A stretch of DNA of 64,000 nucleotides from Marsupella aquatica (lineage: Eukaryota; Plantae; Marchantiophyta): positions 20,906,169-20,970,168 of the forward strand of contig OZ316891.1 of assembly GCA_973895155.1 (NCBI GenBank). Direction: 5' to 3'. The position numbers and the translations under genes were made by a program. This document shows, piece after piece, positions 12,462-24,584 of the stretch. Within the stretch, counting starts at the first letter, position 1; every line of letters begins with the position of its first letter. The notes beneath the pieces were generated by a model that was not told the DNA's origin, searched no databases, and saw nothing but the letters and a program-made list of their open reading frames with translations.

Positions 12462-14046
12462 TTAACTCCTATAATACAAGGTTGTTTTATGCAGTGGTCG
12501 TCATTTGAATTTGAAGGACACAAAAATCAAAGAATCTGACCAAGAGAAGGAATAAATCAAAATTGAATTATATTTAGTGTGAAGTAAAGAGTGCATGTTT
12601 TCCAATCAAGAAATAAAGGGGATTACCAGGCAATGCCAATGCACAATAATCAAGTACTATAGTTTTTTTTTGAATTTGAAGGACACAAAAATCAAAGAAT
12701 CTGACCAAGAGAAGGAATAAATCAAAATTGAATTATATTTAGCATGAAGTAAAGAGTGCATGTTTTCCAATCAAGAAATAAAGGGGATTACCAGGCAATG
12801 CCAATGCACAATAATCAAGTATTATGGTTTCCTATGCATGGACAGATAATTATAGTACTATCCATGGAGAGGAAACCATGGTACTTTCCATACCTAGACA
12901 TTCATATCAAGTACCCCATGATAATCTATGTCAATTACAAATATTACATAATGTAGTAGAAAACATCAAACCAAAAAATAGTACAAAAGCGGTAAAAGAG
13001 GGTGGGTTTACAAGGAATTAAAAAATGGAAAATACAAAGACAAAAATTGTTCTTAACTGGTGATACTTTGTAGTTGTTGTCACTCATTTTTGCCCCATGA
13101 CATCTTTTACTGGATAACATTTTTTGGGCAATGAGATTTTTTAACCAGAAAATATTTTACTCAAATAATTATATATTTTACGCCATGATATGTTTCTTAA
13201 TAACATCTTTAGTATCATGGCATTCATCATGCTTTGACATCTTTTGCCAACTATATGTTTTATTACTTACACATCTTTTGTGCAACAATGTATTTTACTT
13301 AATGACATCTTTTGAGCAAGACCATATAATTTATTGACATTTAATGACATCTAATGCAATGACATGTTTTACTTCACAACACCTATGACGACATTTGTTT
13401 ACTTGACAACAGCTTTGGAGTCACGACATAGTTTTACTCGACGACATCTCTGACATTATAACATCATCTTTTTACTTGGACATAACGACATTATTGGCAT
13501 CACGACAACTTTTTACTTGATGGCATCTGTTACTTGATGACATATTTTTTACTTTGCAACACCTTTGGCGGCACAATTTCTTTTTATTTGATGATATTTT
13601 TGACATAACAACGTCTTTGGCACCCCACCATCTTTTTACTTGGCCATATCTTTCACATCATGACATCATTTTACTTGACAATATCTTTTTACTTCATGAC
13701 ATCTTTGGCGGCACGACTTCTTCTTTTTCTGAACAACATCTTTTCACTCCATGACTTTTTTTTAATGCCATCTTTTTACTTCACGACATCTTTTGGCGAC
13801 ACAGAATCTTTTTACTTCACGGCATCTTTTACATAGCGACATCTTTGGCAACACAATTTCTTTTTTCTTAACAACATCTTTTGTGCAACACACAAGCTTT
13901 GTTCACAACATCTTGGGCAACACAACATTTTTTTTGTTAAGGGCATCTTAGGTGACACAATATCTTTTTTTCTTAACAACATCTTGGGGGACATGACATG
14001 TATTTTATTCACGACATCTTTTGTGCAACGCACTGGTATTGAGCTA
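12462..14046 (+). mobile_element. non-autonomous Helitron
   Basis: Inserted between A and T with no TSD (empty site cata|tactatg at ~31224). 5' end ttaactcctataata; 3' gtgcaacgcac hairpin followed by gagcta; internal acatctttt arrays and a ~157-bp tandem duplication. Confidence 0.8.
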
Positions 14047-14529
14047 TACTATGCATGATAACTTCTTCTTAGCAGTCACCGCCCACAAGCTCCAGGAGGA
14101 ATGAAGATATTAAGGCTTCAATTTCCTGCTTAACTCTTGCACTCTCGGTCATTCTGCAACTTTGCCTACCTTGACGGGAACTAGGAGCTAGCTCAGATGC
14201 TTCTACCACCTTTTCAAGATGAATATACGATACGATGAAACGACGATCCGTATATATGCATGATAACTTCTTCTGAGCAATCGGGCCCAGGGTGAGCCCG
14301 CTGGCAAAATCCTGCACTGTAGCATGTATTCCCAATAGTGCCTTCATACGTCACTGGCCCTTTCACCCCTGATAAAGATACAAACTCGTTCTCAATTTTC
14401 TGCCGCTGCCTCGATTTTTCTGCCCCTTAACCCGGATAAAGGAGAAATCCGATAAAACTCACGACGGCGTAAAATAATGATACTTATTCAACGTGTTTGA
14501 GGAATTTAACGTTAGAAAGAATCTTGTCA

Positions 14530-16709
14530 CGAAACGTTGACTTGACTCGTTGAAAGATGAAAAGATTTCAATGAACTGTCAGGTTCAGAAACTGAAATCA
14601 AGGGACTGAACTACCCATCAGAACAAACTGCCAATACCAACAAGCCTCGTGGGATTCATGTGCTAACACTGACTAAACCTTCAGCAGTTTAAATTGATGT
14701 TCGAGTATCTTGCAACTGCTACTTGAAGCACCATTCGAAAGAGTGAGGAACATAATTGATCTTCGTTAGAAAATTCTCTTCACATGCATCAGGCAATGAT
14801 ATTCAACTCCCTGGCTTGTTAATGTACTCGTCGTTTGGTTCACGAATCTCAATCATTATTTCACTCTTCTGCGCACTTTTACGACGAGGTCTCAAGAATT
14901 TCTTTGCAATTTTGCGAAAACTGATTTAAATTGCTCTATAGACTGATATCTCCCTATTTTCAAAGAAAACTTGAGTATCCTTAAAATGCTCTACTCTTAG
15001 TCTCAAAATTATGTTCTTTGAGTGCAGACGACTTCACACTCGGGAACATTACGAGAAAATAAACATTAGTTACTAACAACAAAGTAGCCAAGATGGGTGC
15101 ACACCGGCAAGCTCGCTCAATAAGCAACGAACTAGGCTATCGCCTACAAACGAAATTCAAGGCAGCATGGTGACGCTAATACATTTGATGAAATAGAATG
15201 CCCTCATTCCCTCTTCCAATTTCATTGTTAACAGATGTCTATGTTGCTTCCTGCCATGTGAAACTCACGAGCCCTTCGCAAGGGAAGAAACTGCATAGAC
15301 TTGTTGAGGGAATTGGTGAAAGATGGGGAAAAGATAGTACCATAAATTGCGAATACAAGAGTATCTTCTAATCTCTAATCTACAAGGTAATTTGGGATTG
15401 TAATAAAGATACGCAAATTTAGGAAGACAGCGATTACGAATTCAAAAATCAGGTAACACAGGGGGAAGGAAAGGGAGTCAATTCTGAACATTTAGCCCCA
15501 AGAAATCTGCGACAGAGAGTAGGACACTGGAGAAGACTGGCCATAGAGAACGCAGATAGCCACACTTAAAAAAATCAATCTCTCCCTACACTAAGTACTA
15601 GTTGACTAAGTATAAAAGGCTCAAGGTTTAGGAAATTATGTGGGCTATCGCAGAGGAGCGATCAAAGGTGTTAACTCTCCTGCGAGTCTAACATTCTAGG
15701 TTTTAGCCTATAGGTCAAACGAGTCGAAGAATGAAACATCCGTCCAAGTTTTCTAATGATGGACATACAGACCTTATTCTGCAGCACCAGACCTTTTAAA
15801 TCATAGAGAGAATAGCACGGTGGCAGTAGAAACTACTGAGTGTGCGGAATCACATGCCAAGTCCCAGGAAACTTGAAGAGAAGGAGAAAACAGCACCAGA
15901 ATATACCCTCATCACTTGCATGGAACTGCGGCAAGAGTTGTGACCTGCTTTTTGTTCCTTAAGAAATTGAGAATGTAAAATGAAGCCAAGTCCATGGAAC
16001 TTGAAGAGAAGAAAACAAAGGAGCAGAAAGTCAATACCACTTGGTAACTAATTCTCTCATTTATCCAAAGCAGCAGGAATTCAATTTTCAAAGAAGATTT
16101 CATCAGACATGGGCCAATTGTACGTGGCATCCAAGTGAGCAGATGGAAGAACTTCTTAACTAATGAACTGATGAGAACATATGAATAAGAAAAGCGTTCC
16201 AATCACTAATCCTAACTACAAATGTTCTCAGACAGACAGGATGGGATTCTTGTGATAATCTTTCAGCCGAAAGTTCCTAGAAGGGACATATTACAAACTT
16301 TAGAAGGTCAGCCAAAAAACAATAAACGAAAGGCACTCGTGCAGCAATCAAGTGAGGCTTCCAGCCATGGCCCCATGCAGAACTAAGGTACCTAAGTTCG
16401 GTATTGCGGGCTGTCCAGTCATGGTAACCCAATTGGGTTGCATTCGGTGTGAGATCTGTAAATCCCCAGAAGGAGCACGGACTAGAAATAGAAGATACCA
16501 GCTGTGCCAAAAGAGTAAAGCAGTGCAAGAAGGCTAAAGCTAAGTCTTGGACATTAGCGGAAAATGCACCAGTCTGAAACAACGCAAGCTCAGAAACAAA
16601 GAAACATAATACTTGATGAGGAAGCAAGGGAGAAAAACGAGCATGACAACATTAAGCTGACACTTTAGAGTGACAAGTTTCGATAAAATTGATGAATGTC
16701 GATGGACTG
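14530..16709 (-). other. orphan duplicate of part of the hnRNP U-like gene last intron
   Basis: Near-identical to 35214-37368; the adjacent exon and 3' UTR are deleted at the ~14530 junction. Confidence 0.9.
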
Positions 16710-18958
16710 AGAAAAAACTGGAACCAGAGAAGGAGCTCAGCCTTAACAGGAGGCAGAAACCAAACCAGAAGTTTAGAAAACTACAGAAGGAGTAGCACAC
16801 TCCATAGACCAGCCAGGAAGGAGTAGCACACTCCATAGACCAGCCAGTCCCAAGGGACCGGCAAGGTCCCATAGAGTGGGTCCATGACAGAGAAAACTCT
16901 ATCAGTCTACCTGCAGTATGTGCACCCCAAAACCAGCATGGTGAAAAAGGGTCTCACTGAGGATGTGGAGGGACCGGTTGGACTTGAAATGTGTTTTCAT
17001 GGGTCGCCCATAGTCCATCCCAGGTACCATAGTCCTGTGACATCTGTTGGTGAGCATCTACATTGGTGGATTTCCCAGCACAAATCCTGGCTCGGTGTCT
17101 GGCCAGTCACGTCTGATGTAGATGCTGAGGCGGTGTCAAGACTTCCTGATTACTGTGTGTGAATTTGGATGAGTATGCTCGATGAAGTGGGTGCATCGTT
17201 CAATCCAGATTTGGGGCCTGTTACTCTTGTCAGTCCAATATGCAATCAGTAAGACAATAATGTTGTTGTCATTCAATAAGACTGGGACTTTGCAACATTT
17301 TGTCAGGCTGGTCTAGACAGTTTGGATGTGAGTGGCAGAATAGAGATGTACTTTAAAGAATGGGGTGAAAAGAAGGATGACTAGTAACCCTCATATAGGC
17401 CTTAAACTAATGAGTAACCCTGGTAGGGAATCTTGGTAGGGACACAAATCAACTCTGGTTGAGGTACTCGTGTGAACTCAAGTAGTTTCATTCTCAAAAT
17501 TGTTCACTCTGGTTGTCTCATGCCTTTCTTTGCCTTGAAAGCCGAATGTATACCCATCCAACAGAGGATACACAATCTACTTTGGAGTATGCACCACTGT
17601 AGGGTAGCGCACAAGGAGAGATGATACCCAGGGATCCGACAACGACCCATACAAGGAAGGAGAGAGGGTTGGACCAGGATCACAAAGCGGCCAGCCAGAG
17701 GCTGAGGAGAAACATCACTTTAGGGTGGGGTTTGTGTAAAACACTGGGCCTCCCAGGTGATTGCACCTCTGCCCCCACACTCATATGGTCTATCACTCCA
17801 CTCATAGTCTTGCGGACAAAAATAGAAGAATCATTCCTAGCATTTATTTCCTACTCTACCAATTGTTTCAGTACGTGGCTCAGTAGGGCTCTTGTTCATT
17901 GGCAGTTCGGTGGGGTTTTCAGTGGGGTTTTTGTTCTTTGGCCATGTGGGTATCTTGGCTTTGCGCTTGCATTTTACCTATTTTCTCCTTTGTTCTTAGC
18001 CCTTTTGGGGCATTTTTGCCTTTGGGATCATGTCTCCCCCCCCCCCCCCCCCCCCCCCCTTGGGCCTTTTTGTTCCTTTGTACTTATATATCTAAATTTA
18101 TTTATATCAATATGGAGTGTTTGGGTTGCAAACCAACTGACAGTGGGCCATAGATGACTTTCCAAGGACTTTCTCCCCCAAACGATCAGTGCCTCAATTG
18201 GCCCCACAGTCCCAGAAGCGGAGAATCATCGTTGGGACTTGGAACACAAGACCAAGTCGAGCAGGTGCATCGTTGGACTTGGGCAGACGACGAAGTGGAA
18301 CGGGGAGCTTCGCTCAAACACGGGATCCAATCCCTCCATGGAAGTTTGTGTGTCGACATGATTGTCTGGAGCTTCGCTCAAACCCGGGATCCAATCGCTC
18401 AAACCCAGCGTTCCATATATTGGACTGAGGTCAATCACCCAGTCAACGAGAATGAACCCACACGTCACGACGTTTTTAATATTCGCCCGCCGATGGCAAC
18501 AAAATCATGTCGAAACCAAGTTGTTCTTGCACTTAATTAATCCTCACAGCTCGGCATGGGAGCGAGTGTGGGAACGAGTGAGCATATCCGCAGAATGATG
18601 AGGACATTCGCCAGGCTGCTCCCTTGGACAGGAACCGAGGATAAGCACATACCATGATTCACTATGTCAAATGTACATCTGTACATCTGGAGGAAATTGA
18701 GTCCTTCAAGAGAAGAAGACCTGAGCCATAGTCCTAGATCAGTTGCTATCCACGAAACTACGAGTATAAGAAGCTCAGTCCGAATGCGAAAAATTATCAT
18801 CTCGAACTCGTTGTCGCATCCGGTTTCTCAGTTAGATTTTGACGAATTGAATCCGCTTTGCAAATTCTCTCAAGTTCTGGCCCAGTGACGAATCCGATTT
18901 GCAAATTCTCTCAAGCTCTGGTACAGTAAGCACTGTCGAAGCTACGTAACAGAGCGAA

Positions 18959-21008
18959 ATGGAAAGTGTACAAAAGACGAAGGCTAGTACCATAGACTCT
19001 GCGCAGGACTTCGGGTTCAGCGTCGCATATCCGTTTGCATTGCGAGCAGCGGTTGTCTTGAAGGTGCCGACGATCATCCAGTCTGCAGGTCCTGAGGCAG
19101 CATTGTCAGCGAAGGAGATATGCGCACATCTGCCAAATCCCGAGCGATGCAACTCGGCGACTTTGGAGAAAATCCTCGAAATTCTTACTTGCCATGGGAT
19201 GCTCTCCTCTGCAGTCACAGAGACTGAGACTGAGAGCCGGGTGACAAAATATGGACTGACTCCATTATCGCAGGATCTTGCTGGCGATAACTCGTACGTG
19301 GCGGACTTCTTGCTTATCACCACTGCGCCGGAGATCATCGAAGTCTGGCCCCAAATACATGAAACTGTGCTTAATCCCGACGAAGCTATATTTGAGAGGC
19401 TGTACGGGAAAGGGTTTTATCAGTATACCAAGCAGGATGTACCAGAATATGGAAGATTTCATGTCGAGTCTATGAAGAGAATGTCTCAGAACTTTACAGA
19501 AGGTGTGCTGGAGTATTACGACGAGGAATTCAAAAGCCTCACAGGTACGCTGGTGGACGTTGGTGGCAGCCAGGGAGCAACTGCTGCCATCATTGCATCA
19601 AAGTACCCCAACATCAAATGTGTTGTCAATTTTGACCTTCCAGACGTTGTCAGCGGAGCACCTGCATATCGTGGTAAATGATCCTCTTCATTTGCATTTC
19701 TCCAGACTGTCCACCGTGTTTGATTCAGCAAAGAGGCATCGAGCATATTTTGAATTGAAGTGTGATTTGAAACGAAGCCTAGGGGCCTCAGACAGTGTTT
19801 CTCCTCCCTTCCATGAGTTCGGTCTGATTTGCAGGGCCCCTTAAATTGTCTGCCAAGTGAGCTCTATGTTTTCTTTTCTCCGGTCTCTTCCTTTTTCTCG
19901 TAATTTCCCATTTTATCCGTTGTTCAGCCTTTTGTCGTTCCACTGCCAAGTACGTCTTAACAAATGCTAGATGACACGATTGCCTCGCTTCTTGCTTATT
20001 GAACCGAGCTTGCCTGTCTGCAAATTTCTCCCTTGGTTTGGCTGAACATTCACCTATCTTGCTGCTTCCTTTATAGTAACTCGTGTTTATTTTTTCTTGT
20101 AATATCCCTGATTGTGAAGTCATCATAAGCCGGGAAGTGCGTGTGTTCATTTGTTGGGTGTCATATCATTTAGACTTCATATCCATGAACATGCTCGTCA
20201 GTCACGAACAAAGCCAGGGATCTCAATTTCAGTGTCTGACCTCGGGTTTGTTTTTCTTACTTTCCTTGTTGGATTAGGATGAGTATGTGCTCAGCTCAAT
20301 TTTTGAATGTTTATTGTTGTGTTTCTCTCGCCATGATGTGAATGCAGGAGTGGAACATGTTGGCGGAAGCTTCATAGATTTCGTGCCCCAAGGTGACATG
20401 ATGTTCTTAAAGGTACTTGTGTGCTAATCCATGCTCGGATAATTATGGTTTTGGTTATTGCAAACGAAATATGGAATGTATCTTCCATACAATTTATCTG
20501 ACCTGCGCTCACAGAATCATTACCTCTTCCTTATGGGTCGGCATGAATATCTATGCTTCTGACGGGTACCAAATGTTTTTGGTTCAGTGAGTACTTATAA
20601 TGATGTTTTCATTTTTTAGTTGCTGTAGTGTTTTTCTGGTTTAGTTTTTACCCCCTCACTGATGAACGGTATGTACCTTTGGGTTCGCAGTTTGTCTTAC
20701 TGAACTGGAACGACGAGCAGCTTTTAAAGCTCATGACGAACTGCTTCAACGCTTTGCCAGCGAAAGGAGGGAAGCTTATCATAGTGGACAGAGTGATGCC
20801 AGATGAAGCACCAGAGGATACGCGACCCAGGTTGCGAATGGCAGTCCAGAGTCTGTTCAACACGATATTGTTCCCAGGAGCCAAGTCCCGGACACTGAAG
20901 GAGCACCAAGTTGTGGCCAAAGCTGCAGGATTTGCTAGCTTCCGCATTGCCAAATCATTCGGCAGCTTAACATTCATGGAGGCCGTGAAGGCACCGATCA
21001 TGGGCTGA
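18959..21008 (+). CDS. COMT-family methyltransferase-like protein, copy B, 365 aa
   Basis: Exons 18959-19673, 20348-20412, 20691-21008; same structure as copy A with 14 aa differences counted by eye. Confidence 0.93.
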
Positions 21009-23733
21009 TTGAGGGAGGAGCAGCAAATTAGTTTTAGGATTGCAAATTGCATGGAGAACATGCGGGGGCTATTGATGAGAAGAGCATGAGCGAGGACAAG
21101 GTAGCTGTCAATATCTGCTATTGCTAAATGTAGTCACGGGAGAAACTAGGAGCACAGACGAAGCAAATGCATGGTCATTGGGAGATCGCTACTGTAATAT
21201 AACGATTTCAATAATTAAACTTTGTGGAGTTCTAGTGTGGTGTCTGCTGAAAGACTATATGGATGTGATCCTCCCCTCGTGAGTTGTTTAGAACTTTTAG
21301 GGCTGGAGGGTGGCGGGGCCATATCTTGCCTCACAATTTCTTAGAGAAGTCCTCCATCAGATTTGTAGCTTCTTCAGGTTCCGTGAATTCTGATTTTGTG
21401 TCAATTGTTTAATTGTTTTTGTTTAGTGGAAGAAAATGGGGACACCCCACTTTTGGTGGGATCACTTATAATAGAAATGCAATGCGATTTTGAACACACA
21501 TTACTTGTTGTTACGCTTTCTTTTGGATTGGTCACAGTTATGATCATGAGGGTTGAAACATTCTTAAGCTTGGTTTGGAGCAGCACACAAATGTGCTTTG
21601 GTCCTTTGGGTTTGATGTTCTTTGCGCCCCGCTGGTGGTAGTTGCGGTGCGGTTGGAATTCACTGGTCAAACTCTCGCTTTATTATGTTTATTAACTCTC
21701 GCAGTTATGTTTATACCTTACCCACAAAAGTCATGGAGCGTGTGGAAAATAAAGTCTCCTTTCGGTCACATGTGGTTTGGCCTTTTTGTCTTTCTTTGTG
21801 CCCTGCTGGTTGTAGTCGCCATGTGGTTGGAATTCACTGGCCAAACTCTTGCTTTAAGTTTTATTTAATTTTTATACATTAACCACAAAGGTTATGGACC
21901 ATGCAGCAAATATAGTCTCCCTTTAGGTCACATGATCCTCAAGTTTGAAATGAACTTGAGCTTGAGTGCTCTGGTTCCTTGGGTTTGTTTTTCTTCATGC
22001 CCAACTGCAGGTCCTCATTGCAGTTGTCATTGGAATACTTCGGGTGCATTGTTGCCTTTATTAAATATTAATCAAATAATCAATCAAATAATTAAACAAA
22101 CCAAAACAAAACAAAACAGACAGTCAAAGTTGAACCTTACCCAGAAATGTGAAACTAAACAAAGAGACTGGCAATGAATCGAGAAATAGATGAGCCTCAC
22201 AAGTGTTCTTTGGAAACCTTTTGCAATGTAGCCTCTAGCATTGGGAACAACCTGTTCGTCCAAGTTGCCAATATTAATCCATCAGACAATACACAGACAG
22301 GTTATTTGGTCAGTGTACCTATCTGTAGACTCATGCTTGTCGAGATCCATCGTCCAAACACCCCCTGCTGTTTGGTAGCTCTTATATGCAATGTGTTGTT
22401 AGACGGATAATCTGTATATTTCAACCTTCGGTGTTTTGAACCCAGTTCCGTGACTGTTTTAGTTAATATTATAACTGAAAGTAAGTTTACAGGATAAGTG
22501 TGCTGTTTGTATCATTGTAGAATTCTGATCGGATGTCATGCGGATATTTGACAGGGGTAGTTATGCTCGGGGGCAAATTGTTACCAGCCGAATGCTCCTC
22601 TGCTTCAGCTGTGATGCTTTGTTTATGATTTCTGACAACTCCTTCACATTCTTTGCTTCACCAGTATCTGAAATTCTGGGTTATTGTCTAAACAGAGGAA
22701 CTTGTGTTTGGCAGTGTGCTCATGGGCGGCCAACAATGATATCCTTCGTATCATTGCAGACGTTTTGACACCCCCCGCCCCCCCCCCCCCCCCCTTTGGC
22801 GCAGACCAAGTGCCATCATTGGCTTTTATACATAGAATTGCACAGAAGGGTGGAATGGCTGCAGTCTAACTTCAAACCCAGTTTTGAAAGAACTCGGGCA
22901 CGAATAGCTCAGGCACAGGGTCGGCCTTTTAGAAAACTGTGTACACACAATTCTGTCCCCTGAATTCAACTTTCGATTTTCCAGTTCTACAGTTTTGCTC
23001 ATTGTGAACTTGAGAAGAATATACACCTAGGAACAATTAGAATCCCCCTCGGACAATTGTTTTATCATTGGTAGGGTCCATGCTGTTGATAATGTGCCCT
23101 CTGTACAGAATTAAACTTCAGCATTTCAGTATCATACAGATATGTCATTGCAATCTCATACAGATAGGTGACGGCTCTGCACCGTGAACAGAAACCAGCG
23201 TTCCGTGTGAACTTCTATTGACTCCAACTAATTAAAGTCGTCTCCATCCCAAAGCCAATTTACATTGCAACTTGAACAGAATCCTGCGTTCCGTGTGAAC
23301 TTCTATTGACTCCAACTAATTAAAGTCGTCTCCATCCCAAAGCCAATTTACATTGTGAGAGGGACACTGAATCGCATGCGGTTCCATGTTCTTGCCAAAT
23401 GCTCTATTTCTGTTGTAGATTGTGCGAAGGAAACAGCCCCAGCGGAAACAAAAGGCCCAGCAACTTCAGACTTGTTGCAAATGACATCAATTTTTCATAG
23501 GGCCTCGCATTTTTCTAGGATTCCAATGGACCCTTATGTAAGGGGTCGTCTAACCTTTCATAGTGTAAAGCTTTCTCAGAAAGTTTAACCGGGGCTGGAT
23601 TGTGTTCAGGTCGTCAGTCCTTTAGCCGTCCCGAATTCGTTCATCCTCACCTGTTCTTGTTCTCCAAGCACTTTCCGCATAACTAGGCAACGGGTTTCAG
23701 AGGTGGTTCAACCTCACAAGCTGTGAGAAAGAA

Positions 23734-24401
23734 TCACTTGGGCAGATTTCCATCAGCAGAAGAAAGGTAGCCAAGTGCATTGCCAATAGACTCTAGGTCG
23801 TACTCCATTACTTTTATCCAGTTTTCGAAATCACCAATTTCCTGTAATTCTCCATGCCCATCGGATGTTAATCTCGCTGCGCGAAAGATGAAGTTGAAAG
23901 ATGTCAACACAGACATTCAGATAAACGAAACGGAAGTGGAATTAACACTTGAGCGAGAACAACACCTTCAAAGCGGAATCGAAGTTGTGAAAGACAGTAA
24001 GCCACTGTACAGACTGCTTGGTAAAGCGTTGCACAGTCCCAGCCAAAGCTCGGGCCTCCGTTTCAATCCGTTGCTCATTGACAAAAGATTCCTGCACTCC
24101 TCCATTCACACTCTCCACCAAGAGCGTAGAGACTCTAGCAGCTGCTGAAATTGCTTCCTTCTTCGCCCTCTCTGTACAGAAACAACCATCACCCACATCG
24201 TTTCAGATGCTTATCATAACATTACCGTACGCAAACAAGCTAGCAAGCAAAGTCAAGCCAAGCCATACCATGCATACTCAAAAACCACCCACCGAGACGA
24301 TTCAAGTGAACAACATGTCTCTGAGTGTGCTTATTCATCAACTGTGCGAATGATCCCTCCAAGCCCGCCATCTCTGAATGAGCCGTCCCCTTTTCTAACA
24401 T
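23734..24401 (-). CDS. BLOS1: Biogenesis of lysosome-related organelles complex 1 subunit 1 (GCN5L1 family), ~140 aa
   Basis: Exons 24401-24293, 24171-23966, 23841-23734 (alternative ATG 24371). Family motifs AKKEAI...VNGGVQESFVNEQRIE...QW...ALKEIGDFENWIKVMEYD. Confidence 0.92.
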
Positions 24402-24584
24402 TCGTTGCTTCCCTTCGCTGCCAAGCCACAGCCAGGCAGACTGGAGGGTCCTCTTGCTCTCGCTCTAGTGCGCTTCACAGAACGCCGATGGGCCGTCGAA
24501 GCAAGAAAATCATCGCGATGCTCCCCGATGCAGTGGTTCCGACATAATTAATTTTTTCGTCCATGGAATGTCCACAAATCATCG

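Larger units (their letters stand above)
3090..16709 (+). repeat. tandem segmental duplication, unit A
   Basis: Colinear with 16710-37368: repeat block, OMT gene, BLOS1, satellite, and hnRNPU-like intron segment. Junction ...gatggactg|agaaaaaactggaacc at 16709/16710. Confidence 0.95.
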
